Below are positions 20,001-27,722 of a stretch of DNA of 42,647 nucleotides, one piece after another. The stretch is taken from the sequence record SRR20825006_676; one strand, 5' to 3'. Position numbers and translations under genes: made by a program. Position 1 is the first letter of the stretch, and the number at the start of each line of letters is the position of its first letter. The notes beneath the pieces were generated by a model that did not search any database, was not told the DNA's origin, and was given only the letters and a program-made list of their open reading frames with translations.

Positions 20001-20236
20001 GCGTAACCTGTATAAAAAGTATATGGCTGCGAATCATGGCCTGTAACTGCAACTGAGCGACCGCCTCTATAAGGCCCAACACTTCTATAGTTCAGGTTAT
20101 TTAAAAGATGTGCTTCGTATTTTGGACTGCTTATTTCAGCGCCATGCCCAAATATCTGTGCCTGAATTTTCTCGGTATTTAGAACGAAAAAAATAGCGAA
20201 ACAGGTAAGCGTGGCTATGAGTTTCTTTAGCTTCAT
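17042..20236 (-). CDS. VPS10/sortilin-like BNR-repeat beta-propeller protein (often annotated as glycosyl hydrolase)
   Basis: Signal peptide (QA|Q), GPYRGGRS start, many S/T-x-D-x-G-x-T-W BNR repeats, helical C-terminus; 1064 aa. Confidence 0.88.
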   Translation of the reverse strand: MKLKKLIATLTCFAIFFVLNTEKIQAQIFGHGAEISSPKYEAHLLNNLNYRSVGPYRGGRSVAVTGHDSQPYTFYTGYAGGGVFKTTDGGNTWDNVTDKYFKTASVGAITVAPSDPNVIYVGMGETDIRGNMSGGDGMYKSTDAGKTWTYLGLGESQFIGDIEVHPTNEDIVWVAAMGQLFGDEGNPERGVFKSIDGGKNWKKVLYRDNKTGAVDIAIDPNNARILFAGLWEAYRNPWEMSSGGNGGGLFKSTDGGDTWKEISKNPGLPKGMLGKIGVAVSPVNSERVFAIIENENGGLFRSEDGGDTWKRISADRNLRQRAWYYSKVIADTKNEDVVYVLNVSFLKSTDGGSTFSRIRTPHGDHHDLWISSTDSQRMIVADDGGGQVSYNGGKGWSSYYTTATAQFYQVTTDNQFPYLIYGAQQDNSTVAIRSRTSGNGITDKDWWPVAGGESGYIAPDPDNPNVTYGGSYGGYLNKFDAEIGLSDRVDVWPDNPMGAGAEDLKYRFQWTFPIMISPHDSDVLYTTSQHVHRSTDEGMSWETISADLTRNDKSKQKESGGPITKDDTSVEYYNTIFAFTESPIQKGVLWAGSDDGLVHLSRNGGKTWENVTPKGMPETMISIIDASYHDAGTAYFAATRYKFNDFQPMLYKTTNYGKSWTKITNGIPDMDFTRVIREDPNKKGLLYAGTETGMYVSFDDGAQWQNLQLNLPPVAVTDLAVHKRDKDLIVATQGRAFWVLDDLTVLHEMSDKIAQAETYLFQPEDTYLFGGRGWTTAPSIGQNPDNGAVFFYTLKDKVEAEVKIEVIDPIGSPIRTYSSKKDEKGKKVAASDKFYEEKNTSRPNVVSSEKGLNRFVWDLQYPEVTRLNGVQVLWAGNTSGPSAIPGTYTVKLHIGDKVVGERKFIIKKNPRLTEVTQSDFESQFKLVTIIKAKLDTTHRTINRIREVRAEINKITAEAKGDKALQEKAKKMLDAMSEIENALVQTKAESGQDVLNYQIKLNNKLASLSSTVETGYGKPTKQQYAVYEVLAAQVDVQLERLKKIWDGEYNNFIEGSANPVVPIKN

Positions 20237-20390
20237 AGGTAAGTTCCGTTAAGTTAGTTAGTAATTCGGATATATTTAATTACCGAAGGTAGCTAATGAG
20301 AAGCAAGAGGGGCGTAAAAAGTTGTGAACTGAAATTCTACTTCTGTAGATTCTCTAGTTTTATACTATAGATTTATCGGTTTGAAGTGCT

Positions 20391-21212
20391 TTACCCGAAT
20401 ACGAATCGAAAGGTAATTGTTCCCCATTGTGCTTCCTTAGGTGCTGCGCTAGGTAATTGAGAGAATTTCCAACTGCGCAATGTGCGTAGAACTTCTTTTT
20501 CAAGCTCGGGATTCATTTTTTTAATCGGAATAATTCTACCAACCGTGCCATTTGGACGAACTTCAAATTTAACTGAAATAACAGCTTCTGTATTAGCTGT
20601 GTTTGAAGGCAGTGGCTGAATCATTGGCTCGCGTTCTAGGTCGCCTTCCCATTTTAATTCATAAGGTGCGGTTTTTTCGTCGTCGCTACCAGTTCCGGCA
20701 TCAACATTGGTTTCACCTTTGGCACCTTTTACATCGCCACTTTCTTTAGCGCCGGCATCTACAGTTAAATCTTTTTTTGCAGGGGGTGGAATTTCAACTA
20801 CTTCTTCAACCTGAGTAGCCTCTTTCTTATTGGGATCTACTTTTTTGGTATCCGGAGTTTTAATGGGGTCTTCTAATACCTTTTCAACTTCATCGGGAAG
20901 ATCAACAGGTTTGGTATTCTCTTCGGTTGGAGTTTGTGGCTTTTTTTCTGGCTCTGGAACTTCTTCCGCTGGTTTTTCTGGCTCTACTTCCGAAGGATTT
21001 GGACGCTTTGCTACTTTTTCGTTTTTAACTTCAGAAAAGTCAGCTAGAGTACCTGTTTTAAAATCTCCGAACTCAACTTCAATAAAAGATGGACGAAAAC
21101 TCTGGTTCATATCTAGCGTGTACCAAAGTGAGAATAGCACCAATAGAATACTAATACTTAATGTAGAAGTAAGCGCGATACTTTCGTCTTTATCGAATTT
21201 GTAGTTGTTCAT
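20391..21212 (-). CDS. tonB: TonB family energy transducer
   Basis: N-terminal TM, Pro/Glu/Lys-rich linker, TonB_C-like domain (VKFEVRPNGTV...LRSWKFSQLP...ITFRF); follows exbB-exbD. Confidence 0.8.
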   Translation of the reverse strand: MNNYKFDKDESIALTSTLSISILLVLFSLWYTLDMNQSFRPSFIEVEFGDFKTGTLADFSEVKNEKVAKRPNPSEVEPEKPAEEVPEPEKKPQTPTEENTKPVDLPDEVEKVLEDPIKTPDTKKVDPNKKEATQVEEVVEIPPPAKKDLTVDAGAKESGDVKGAKGETNVDAGTGSDDEKTAPYELKWEGDLEREPMIQPLPSNTANTEAVISVKFEVRPNGTVGRIIPIKKMNPELEKEVLRTLRSWKFSQLPSAAPKEAQWGTITFRFVFG

Positions 21213-21216
21213 AGTG

Positions 21217-21633
21217 TTATAACGAACTTTGTTCAGTAGCCATCACTAGCTTTAAACCGAGTGCTTTGCCAATATTCATTACGCGTACAGCGTCGTCAAC
21301 TTTAGCATCTTTGTCGGCTCGTAGTACTATCGTTTCACCGGTGGCTTTATTGCGTGCTAGTCGAATTGCACCTGCTAATGAACCGCGAGCTGTTAATTCG
21401 CCATTAACATAGAACTCACCATCTTTAGAAATAGCTACTGCAATAAATTTACTTTCTGTAGTAGCACCTGTTTCTGCCTGTGGGATATTCACTTTTATCC
21501 CATAGTTGGTTACAAAAGAAGATGTAAGTAAAAAGAAAATGAGTAAAAGAAGTACAATATCCGTCAACGAAGATTGCGAAAACAATGATAACGGTACGAG
21601 TCTTTTATCTCCTCTTCGAAAATCGCGAGCCAT
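21217..21633 (-). CDS. exbD: ExbD/TolR family biopolymer transporter
   Basis: SLTDIVLLLLIFFLL with the conserved TM Asp; IVLRADK...VRVMNI. Confidence 0.92.
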   Translation of the reverse strand: MARDFRRGDKRLVPLSLFSQSSLTDIVLLLLIFFLLTSSFVTNYGIKVNIPQAETGATTESKFIAVAISKDGEFYVNGELTARGSLAGAIRLARNKATGETIVLRADKDAKVDDAVRVMNIGKALGLKLVMATEQSSL

Positions 21634-21635
21634 AA

Positions 21636-22343
21636 TTATGCCTGCTTTTTAGGTGCTGGAGATTGCAATAAATCGATAAAATCGGCAGAAGCATTTTCTA
21701 ATTCGAAAATGGATCTGTTTATTTTACCTAATAGGAAGTTATAAAAACCAAAAGCAATTAGCCCTACAATCAGACCTGCGGCCGTTGTAATTAAGGCTTC
21801 CCAAATCCCACCAGCTAATTCGCTGGGGTTGGCATTCCCTTGTAAGTTCTGAATGCGCATAAAAGCCTCAATCATACCAGTAACTGTACCTGTGAAGCCA
21901 AGTAATGGAGCCACACCAGCAATGGTAGCTAACCAGTTCATTCGTTTTTCTAGAAAGAAAATCTCTTTTTTTCCTGCATTATCAATGGCGTCTTCAATAT
22001 CGCGAATTGGTCGTCCAAGGCGTTTAATACCTGCTTTGATAATTCGCGCGAGTGGTTTGTCGTAGTCGTCGCAAAAAGCCATTGCATCCGCAGACTTACC
22101 TGATTTTAACAATCCTTCAACAGAACTCAAGAATTGATCGGTGTTAGCATGCGACTTGTTTAATGCTCTCCAGCGCTCAACAATCACATAAGTTGTAATC
22201 ATAAAAAGCACTAAAATAGGGATCATCAAAACCCCACCTTCCAGTATTAAATCAAAAAGTGATAGAGTTTCTCCCTCTAAAGACATTGCCAAAGAATCGA
22301 CCACTGCTGTTGTTTCTTGCAGTAACAATAGGAAATTGAACAT
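21636..22343 (-). CDS. exbB: MotA/TolQ/ExbB proton channel protein
   Basis: LATIAGVAPLLGFTGTVTGMI and GGIWEALITTAAGL. Confidence 0.93.
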   Translation of the reverse strand: MFNFLLLLQETTAVVDSLAMSLEGETLSLFDLILEGGVLMIPILVLFMITTYVIVERWRALNKSHANTDQFLSSVEGLLKSGKSADAMAFCDDYDKPLARIIKAGIKRLGRPIRDIEDAIDNAGKKEIFFLEKRMNWLATIAGVAPLLGFTGTVTGMIEAFMRIQNLQGNANPSELAGGIWEALITTAAGLIVGLIAFGFYNFLLGKINRSIFELENASADFIDLLQSPAPKKQA

Positions 22344-22358
22344 GTAGATGATAACCTG

Positions 22359-24065
22359 TTATTTAATTTTTGTGATGGAATAATTTTCGCTGAACATTTT
22401 TTTATTTTCTTCTACCGCAGTGGCAGCGTCAACTAGAGTTCTAAACTGCCCAATGCTAACGCGGTAAAGCAATCCATATTTGGTAGATGGACTTTCTTTT
22501 ATCAATACCCGTAAACCTTGAGCTTCAAGATTTTTAGTTGCTCTATCAACTCCTTCTTTTTTACTCAAAGTATATAAGACAATAGTATATCCAGAATTTG
22601 CAGCCTCATTAACTGATCCGCTTAAACCATATTCAGCCACATCATCGGTTGCTCTAGAATTTGAATTATTTACACTTACAGTAGTTGTTAGACTCGCCGT
22701 GTTAGATGTTGGTGTAGGTGTAACATCTTTTTGTAACTCTTGTTCCTTCGGAGTGGTAGATGTTGGTGTTACAGATTGTATTACGTTCTCAGCTAGCTTT
22801 TCCGTTGTTGTAACGTTAGCGCTAATCTGAGCTGGTTGCTCTTTTGGGCCCGAAACACCCGATCCTTGTTGCATCTTCTCCTGCATTTCAGAAGATAGTT
22901 TATCAAAAGCTTCAGATAGCTTTTCCTTGTTTTGTACAGGTGTTATTCTTTCGGTAACTGGTTTAGTTCCTTTTGTGATACCATCAATACGAATCACATC
23001 GAAATACGCCAGCATATACGTTCCGCTAACCAATATTATAAGAAGTAGAAAAACATTCACTAAAATTGAAGTTACATTTTTTCTCTTTTGCGTTTTAGCT
23101 GATGGGTCTTTACTATTCAACACTTCATCTATAGCATCTTTCTTTGGAATTTCAGAAGAGACGTTTGTAACTACAGGAATAAAATCATCTTTAGATGTAG
23201 AAGAGTCTTCTAGTTCACTAAATGGGTCATCATCGTTTGAGTCTGAGTTGTCATTCATTGATTCGAAGACTATTTCATCATCATCTTCTTCTTTAGAATC
23301 TCCCATTAATCCTGAGAACGCATTCTCCTGACCATCCTCTTTATGAGCATCAATTCCCCACTTTTCGGGGCCGGGCTTGACGATTGTTTCATCTTCTTCA
23401 TTATCTTGTAGCTCATCGTCAGCTACAGACTCTTCTTCGCTTAGGTTTCCGAAAGGATCTTCATCTAAGTCTGAGGAACTCTCTTCATCATCACCTTCTT
23501 CCTCACTCAATGCATCTATTGCCTCAGCAAGAGTTTCTGTTTCGGGCTCATCGTCCAATGGATCATCACCAAAGAACTCATCTAATATATCATCATCCGA
23601 ATCGTCAGCTGTTGTTTCTGGAACCTCTGTTTCTTCCTCAACAATGTCTTCGTCAAGGCTAGGATATTCCTCTATGGAGTCTTCTTCTTCGTCATCATCA
23701 CCATTCAAAAGTGCTGCGAATGGATCTTCATATTCAGGTTTTCCAGACCCACCAATAATTCCTTGAATGGGATTTTCAGAAAATTCTTCCGATAGATTGT
23801 TTTCCTCAGAGCCCGGCAACTCTATCGGCTCCATTCCTGCGTACTTGTAATTAATTTCTGTTTCTAGCTCTTCTGAAGGAATAAAAAGCACATTACTTCC
23901 TAATTTGCTAAAAATACCAAAACCTTCAATCTCGTACGCGTCATCTTCGTCAAAAGCGGCTTTCATCTCTGTGATAAGTTGAGACAATTGCTTTTCAGTT
24001 TTTTCAACCGTCATTCCTGAGTTTGAAACAAGTAAATCGAAAAATTTATCGTGGTCTAAATGCAT
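22359..24065 (-). CDS. HU-like (HU-CCDC81-type) / acidic linker / TM / SPOR domain protein
   Basis: N-terminal HU-like segment (IEGFGIFSK...FIPSEEL), very D/E-rich linker, TM at about residues 331-355, S/T-rich periplasmic linker, C-terminal SPOR-like domain (YTIVLYT...LYRVSIGQF). Confidence 0.8.
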   Translation of the reverse strand: MHLDHDKFFDLLVSNSGMTVEKTEKQLSQLITEMKAAFDEDDAYEIEGFGIFSKLGSNVLFIPSEELETEINYKYAGMEPIELPGSEENNLSEEFSENPIQGIIGGSGKPEYEDPFAALLNGDDDEEEDSIEEYPSLDEDIVEEETEVPETTADDSDDDILDEFFGDDPLDDEPETETLAEAIDALSEEEGDDEESSSDLDEDPFGNLSEEESVADDELQDNEEDETIVKPGPEKWGIDAHKEDGQENAFSGLMGDSKEEDDDEIVFESMNDNSDSNDDDPFSELEDSSTSKDDFIPVVTNVSSEIPKKDAIDEVLNSKDPSAKTQKRKNVTSILVNVFLLLIILVSGTYMLAYFDVIRIDGITKGTKPVTERITPVQNKEKLSEAFDKLSSEMQEKMQQGSGVSGPKEQPAQISANVTTTEKLAENVIQSVTPTSTTPKEQELQKDVTPTPTSNTASLTTTVSVNNSNSRATDDVAEYGLSGSVNEAANSGYTIVLYTLSKKEGVDRATKNLEAQGLRVLIKESPSTKYGLLYRVSIGQFRTLVDAATAVEENKKMFSENYSITKIK

Positions 24066-24067
24066 AA

Positions 24068-24265
24068 CTATTCCCCTACCTGCGACTTAAATTCGATTGA
24101 GTCTTTGGGAGGCAACATAACGATACTGCCATCAGCTTTTTTTTCTTGTTGTTGGCTTGTGTGCTCAGCCTTAAAAACTCCTAAACCCTTCACTTCTACA
24201 GAGTTTTTCATAATAATTTGATCACGAATTGTAATCCCAAATGCTTTTAAAAAATCTTTAGTCAT
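24068..24265 (-). CDS. Small HU-like DNA-binding-fold protein (65 aa)
   Basis: VEVKGLGVFK...GSIVMLPPKDSIEF matches the HU/IHF beta-arm pattern; tightly packed between its neighbours (3-nt and 2-nt gaps). Confidence 0.8.
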   Translation of the reverse strand: MTKDFLKAFGITIRDQIIMKNSVEVKGLGVFKAEHTSQQQEKKADGSIVMLPPKDSIEFKSQVGE

Positions 24266-24268
24266 AGC

Positions 24269-25984
24269 TTATAACTTTAGTTTAATACCTCCAAAAATCT
24301 GGAAAGGGCGTTCTTCATAACCTTGCCAAATTTCGTACTTCTCTCCTAGAATATTCAACACTTTGAAATAAACCCCAAATTTTGAATTAATTTCGTAATC
24401 TGCTCCCGCATTAACTAACACAAATCCACTTAATTTTTGTGCGTTGTTAGTACCTTCTCGCTCGCCTTTAAAATTTGCCCAACTTTGAACAGTAAACTTA
24501 TTAGCTGGCTTAAAAGAAATAGCAGCTTCTCCACCTAAGCGTTCTTCAAAAGGAATGTCTCCGGCATTCTTGAGCTTAGGGCGACGAGCATAGACATTAC
24601 CATCAAACCACAACTTATCGGTAATTAATTGCTGTGTAATTCCAGTTTTTAGTTCAAATACCGATGCATTACCATAGTTTACATCATAGTATAACGGTTC
24701 TAAGTTTCCACCAAAATTTTGTTCCTCACGAGTGTAAAAAGCCTTATTGCTTATGTTTTCAAAACGTAACAGTCCAAATAGTTTGGTTCCCATGATTGGA
24801 GTAAACTCGATTCCGCCTTCAGCACCATAAGTGTATTCATATTCTAACTGTGTAGAAGCATTCAAAAATCGATTGGTTTGGTGATGTTCCCAAGCTGTTT
24901 TCATCTCTGGTGTTGCGAACACAGACGCTTTTATAGAAAACTTATTATTTACGGAATGGTCTACGGAAGAGTTTGTAACAAAAAGTACTTTATTATTAAA
25001 ACCATCTGCAATGTAACCCAGCCCACCAGAAATACTAATTTTAGTTTTGTAGTTAAAAAGCATGTTATAGCCAAGGTTCCACTCTACGTCTACCCATTGC
25101 GTATTTCCAACACTTTCAGATGTATAATTTCCTGCTTTCAAATCAATTCTTGTGGAAAGCGTTTCGTTAAGCTTCGAGCCTGCCCAATTTTTCTCAAATC
25201 CTGTTTTTAAACTTTGTTCAGAAATTTCGCCTTTAAAAGCAGTGTTTGGGGCCGATAAATCAATTCCTGTAGACGCTAGGTTTAGAAAGTATTCCCAACC
25301 TTCTAATACATTTTTGTTTCCAGATAAAATAAAACCCGCATTAAGACCTAAATAATCCTTTTTTGCTGTTCCTGAATTATCGTTAGGAACTGTAGCGGCT
25401 AAATCAAAAATACGGTTGAAGTCATTATAAAAATCCGCTTTAACAGCTACTCTGGTATTATTTTTCAACTTTTTTGAATACAACCCATTTACATCAAAAT
25501 AGCGGAAGCCCGAGTCTTGGTAATCTAAATGTCCATCTGAAGATCTAAAGTTTACATTTCCAGAAATAAGACTGTTTTCATTCATTCGCCGAAGTATATA
25601 ACCTTCAATTTCTGGAGTTATATAATTTCCAATTCCAGCTCTTAAATACGCATTTGTTCTAGCTGGAGTTCTTAAAATGTTTTGTAGAGGCGGTGAAGGA
25701 CGGTCTAATTGTGTGGTTGAAATACTTGCAACCGCTTGCTCGGGCGATTCCATAAAAGGCAACCGATTTGGATCGATGCGAAAAACCCTCGGCTTTGGAT
25801 TGAAACCAAGAATAGGCTGCCTTCTTAGCCCTGGGAAACGAGCTTTAAACTCACTTCTAATCTCAATGTCTTGGGGATCTATTGCAGGTAGTAATGAGTT
25901 TTGAGGTGCACCTCCGCCTTGAGCAAATAACTTCGGCCCAATCATTATTATCAATAAAATCGCAAGTAAGCTTTTGTACGTCAT
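24269..25984 (-). CDS. Outer-membrane beta-barrel protein, TonB-dependent-receptor-like without a recognisable plug
   Basis: Signal peptide (LFA|Q), Pro-rich N-terminus, amphipathic beta-strands, C-terminus VYFKVLNILGEKY...FGGIKLKL resembling TBDR ends. Confidence 0.75.
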   Translation of the reverse strand: MTYKSLLAILLIIMIGPKLFAQGGGAPQNSLLPAIDPQDIEIRSEFKARFPGLRRQPILGFNPKPRVFRIDPNRLPFMESPEQAVASISTTQLDRPSPPLQNILRTPARTNAYLRAGIGNYITPEIEGYILRRMNENSLISGNVNFRSSDGHLDYQDSGFRYFDVNGLYSKKLKNNTRVAVKADFYNDFNRIFDLAATVPNDNSGTAKKDYLGLNAGFILSGNKNVLEGWEYFLNLASTGIDLSAPNTAFKGEISEQSLKTGFEKNWAGSKLNETLSTRIDLKAGNYTSESVGNTQWVDVEWNLGYNMLFNYKTKISISGGLGYIADGFNNKVLFVTNSSVDHSVNNKFSIKASVFATPEMKTAWEHHQTNRFLNASTQLEYEYTYGAEGGIEFTPIMGTKLFGLLRFENISNKAFYTREEQNFGGNLEPLYYDVNYGNASVFELKTGITQQLITDKLWFDGNVYARRPKLKNAGDIPFEERLGGEAAISFKPANKFTVQSWANFKGEREGTNNAQKLSGFVLVNAGADYEINSKFGVYFKVLNILGEKYEIWQGYEERPFQIFGGIKLKL

Positions 25985-26045
25985 CTGATTTGAGTATTTA
26001 AGGAATGTACTAAAATTTGTTGCAAGGTATTAACTGTGGTATTCT

Positions 26046-26072
26046 AAAAAAGATGTACTAGAGCCATCTTTT
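26046..26072 (-). terminator. Weak terminator-like hairpin separating the flippase-like gene from the OM barrel gene
   Basis: On the minus strand, AAAAGATG-N9-CATCTTTTTT. Confidence 0.4.
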
Positions 26073-26080
26073 GAAGTTCC

Positions 26081-27097
26081 CTAGGCTTTTGGGTTATTTT
26101 TTAATGTTCGATATTTATCAACAGCCAATAATATAGGCGTTGTTACAATAATCACCGATAATGTTGTTGCATGAGTTATGGTTGCATAAGCTAAGCCCAT
26201 TGCTTCAGGAACAGCATACAGCAAAAATAAACTCTTGGTTATAAAAAGGTGATAAGTTCCCATCCCTCCCGGCGTAGGTATAATAATTCCCACCGCAGAA
26301 ACCATAGTAAGTACTAACGCATCTGCTACATTAAGCCCATAAACTTCATGTAAATCAAACATCCAAAACGGGATGTAAGTCATTAGTACATAACAAAACC
26401 AAATGAGCGCAGTGTATAAAATAAAAAGCGGCCAGTTCTGTAACTCTTTAATAGCCAATACGCCATCAATAAATGTTCTCGATATTCCTCTTACTTTAAG
26501 AAATAGCTTCCTGATGGCATCTATTCTAGTGCTTAGTATTTTTAGAATGGCATAGCACGCAACAATAATTATTGTTACAACACCAAGTAATTTCGCGGCT
26601 TTCCACCCAAAAGACATTAAAACTGCTGAATCGGTTAAATCTATGCCGAACAAATTTTTCAAAATGGTGGAATCGGAAACCATGAAAACCACTACAAAGG
26701 CCATTAGAATAAGTAGCGAAAGAGTGTCGATAATGCGTTCTAAAACGATTGTACCGATCATTTTACTGTTGCTTTCGTCAATCTGACGTGCAACATAAAC
26801 TGGGCGCGTTACTTCACCAAGGCGTGCAAATAAAATATTAGCTAAGTATCCGAACATTACGCCTGTGAAAAGTGTAGTTCTGGATGGTTTTTTGGTGTCT
26901 CCTGTAATTAACAACCTCCACCGTTCAGCTCGTAAATAATGTGCCGATAGAACCACTGCAACAAAGGGCAACATCCATAAAAAAGACATCCCTCTCGATG
27001 CCTCAATTACTTTGTCAAATTCCACTTCGCTCATAGCAAACCAGAAAAAAACTACTGCCAATAAAATACCGATGATAACTTTAATACTCGTTTTCAA
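26081..27097 (-). CDS. Lysylphosphatidylglycerol synthase TM-domain (flippase-like, UPF0104) protein
   Basis: LRAERW, GYLANILFARLGEVTR, GTIVLERIID, PTPGGMGTYH; multi-TM; TTG start. Confidence 0.88.
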   Translation of the reverse strand: MKTSIKVIIGILLAVVFFWFAMSEVEFDKVIEASRGMSFLWMLPFVAVVLSAHYLRAERWRLLITGDTKKPSRTTLFTGVMFGYLANILFARLGEVTRPVYVARQIDESNSKMIGTIVLERIIDTLSLLILMAFVVVFMVSDSTILKNLFGIDLTDSAVLMSFGWKAAKLLGVVTIIIVACYAILKILSTRIDAIRKLFLKVRGISRTFIDGVLAIKELQNWPLFILYTALIWFCYVLMTYIPFWMFDLHEVYGLNVADALVLTMVSAVGIIIPTPGGMGTYHLFITKSLFLLYAVPEAMGLAYATITHATTLSVIIVTTPILLAVDKYRTLKNNPKA

Positions 27098-27101
27098 TCA
27101 A

Positions 27102-27722
27102 CTAATACCTTGTGTCCACAATTTCTGCATCCTTTGGGTAGGTAAGCACGAAAAGTTGACCATTATCTTTTATAAATTTTCCGTTTTTGAAACGAGTTGT
27201 AATCACATTTTCTGAGAAATCGTAAGCAGTAATACTTACTGGGTTGATGTTGCTATCAACTACAATTTCTACTCTTATAAAGAGTGCAAATTCATCTTCA
27301 GTTTCTAGAGTGATTGTTTTTTTACCACCGCCAGAATTTTCCTCATCTATAGTGTACGTAGAGTCTACACCGTTTAGCATTCGTGATGGCGCAAAATCAT
27401 CGTCATCTTCTGAATAGTCGCTGATAATTAATCTATTTCTCTGCTCATCATATACTCTAGAAGTTAGTCCATCTACCACTAGCAATTGACCTTCGCTTTT
27501 CAATTTGTAAGATTGTTCTCCAATCCAAATTTCACCCGCACTTGTTAACGTTTCACCAGTGTACGAGTCGTAGTAAGAATGGGAGAAATCGCCACTAAAA
27601 ACCATACCTTCTTGGAACTTTGTTTTAAGCTGCTGGAAAGTTGGGTTCTGTGCAAAAACCGTTGCACTCAATACTAGAAGTACAGCGAATGTGCTAAATA
27701 AGATTCTGTTAAAGGTTTTCAA
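27102..27722 (-). CDS. lolA: LolA family outer-membrane lipoprotein carrier
   Basis: Directly after ftsK (conserved synteny); probable TTG start at 27722 gives signal peptide MKTFNRILF...VFA|Q; LVVDG...YD and F.L.YPKDAEIVD.R ending. Confidence 0.8.
   Translation of the reverse strand: MKTFNRILFSTFAVLLVLSATVFAQNPTFQQLKTKFQEGMVFSGDFSHSYYDSYTGETLTSAGEIWIGEQSYKLKSEGQLLVVDGLTSRVYDEQRNRLIISDYSEDDDDFAPSRMLNGVDSTYTIDEENSGGGKKTITLETEDEFALFIRVEIVVDSNINPVSITAYDFSENVITTRFKNGKFIKDNGQLFVLTYPKDAEIVDTRY

Noticed and set aside
22927-23766. Ser-rich plus-strand ORFs (134, 129 and 92 aa)
   Set aside because: Antisense shadows of the Asp/Glu-rich linker codons of the SPOR protein.
24060-24075. Frameshifted pseudogene joining the HU-like ORF and the SPOR protein
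   Set aside because: A clean TAG followed by ATG 2 nt later, with no slippery homopolymer, fits translational coupling of two genes better; not fully excluded without reads.
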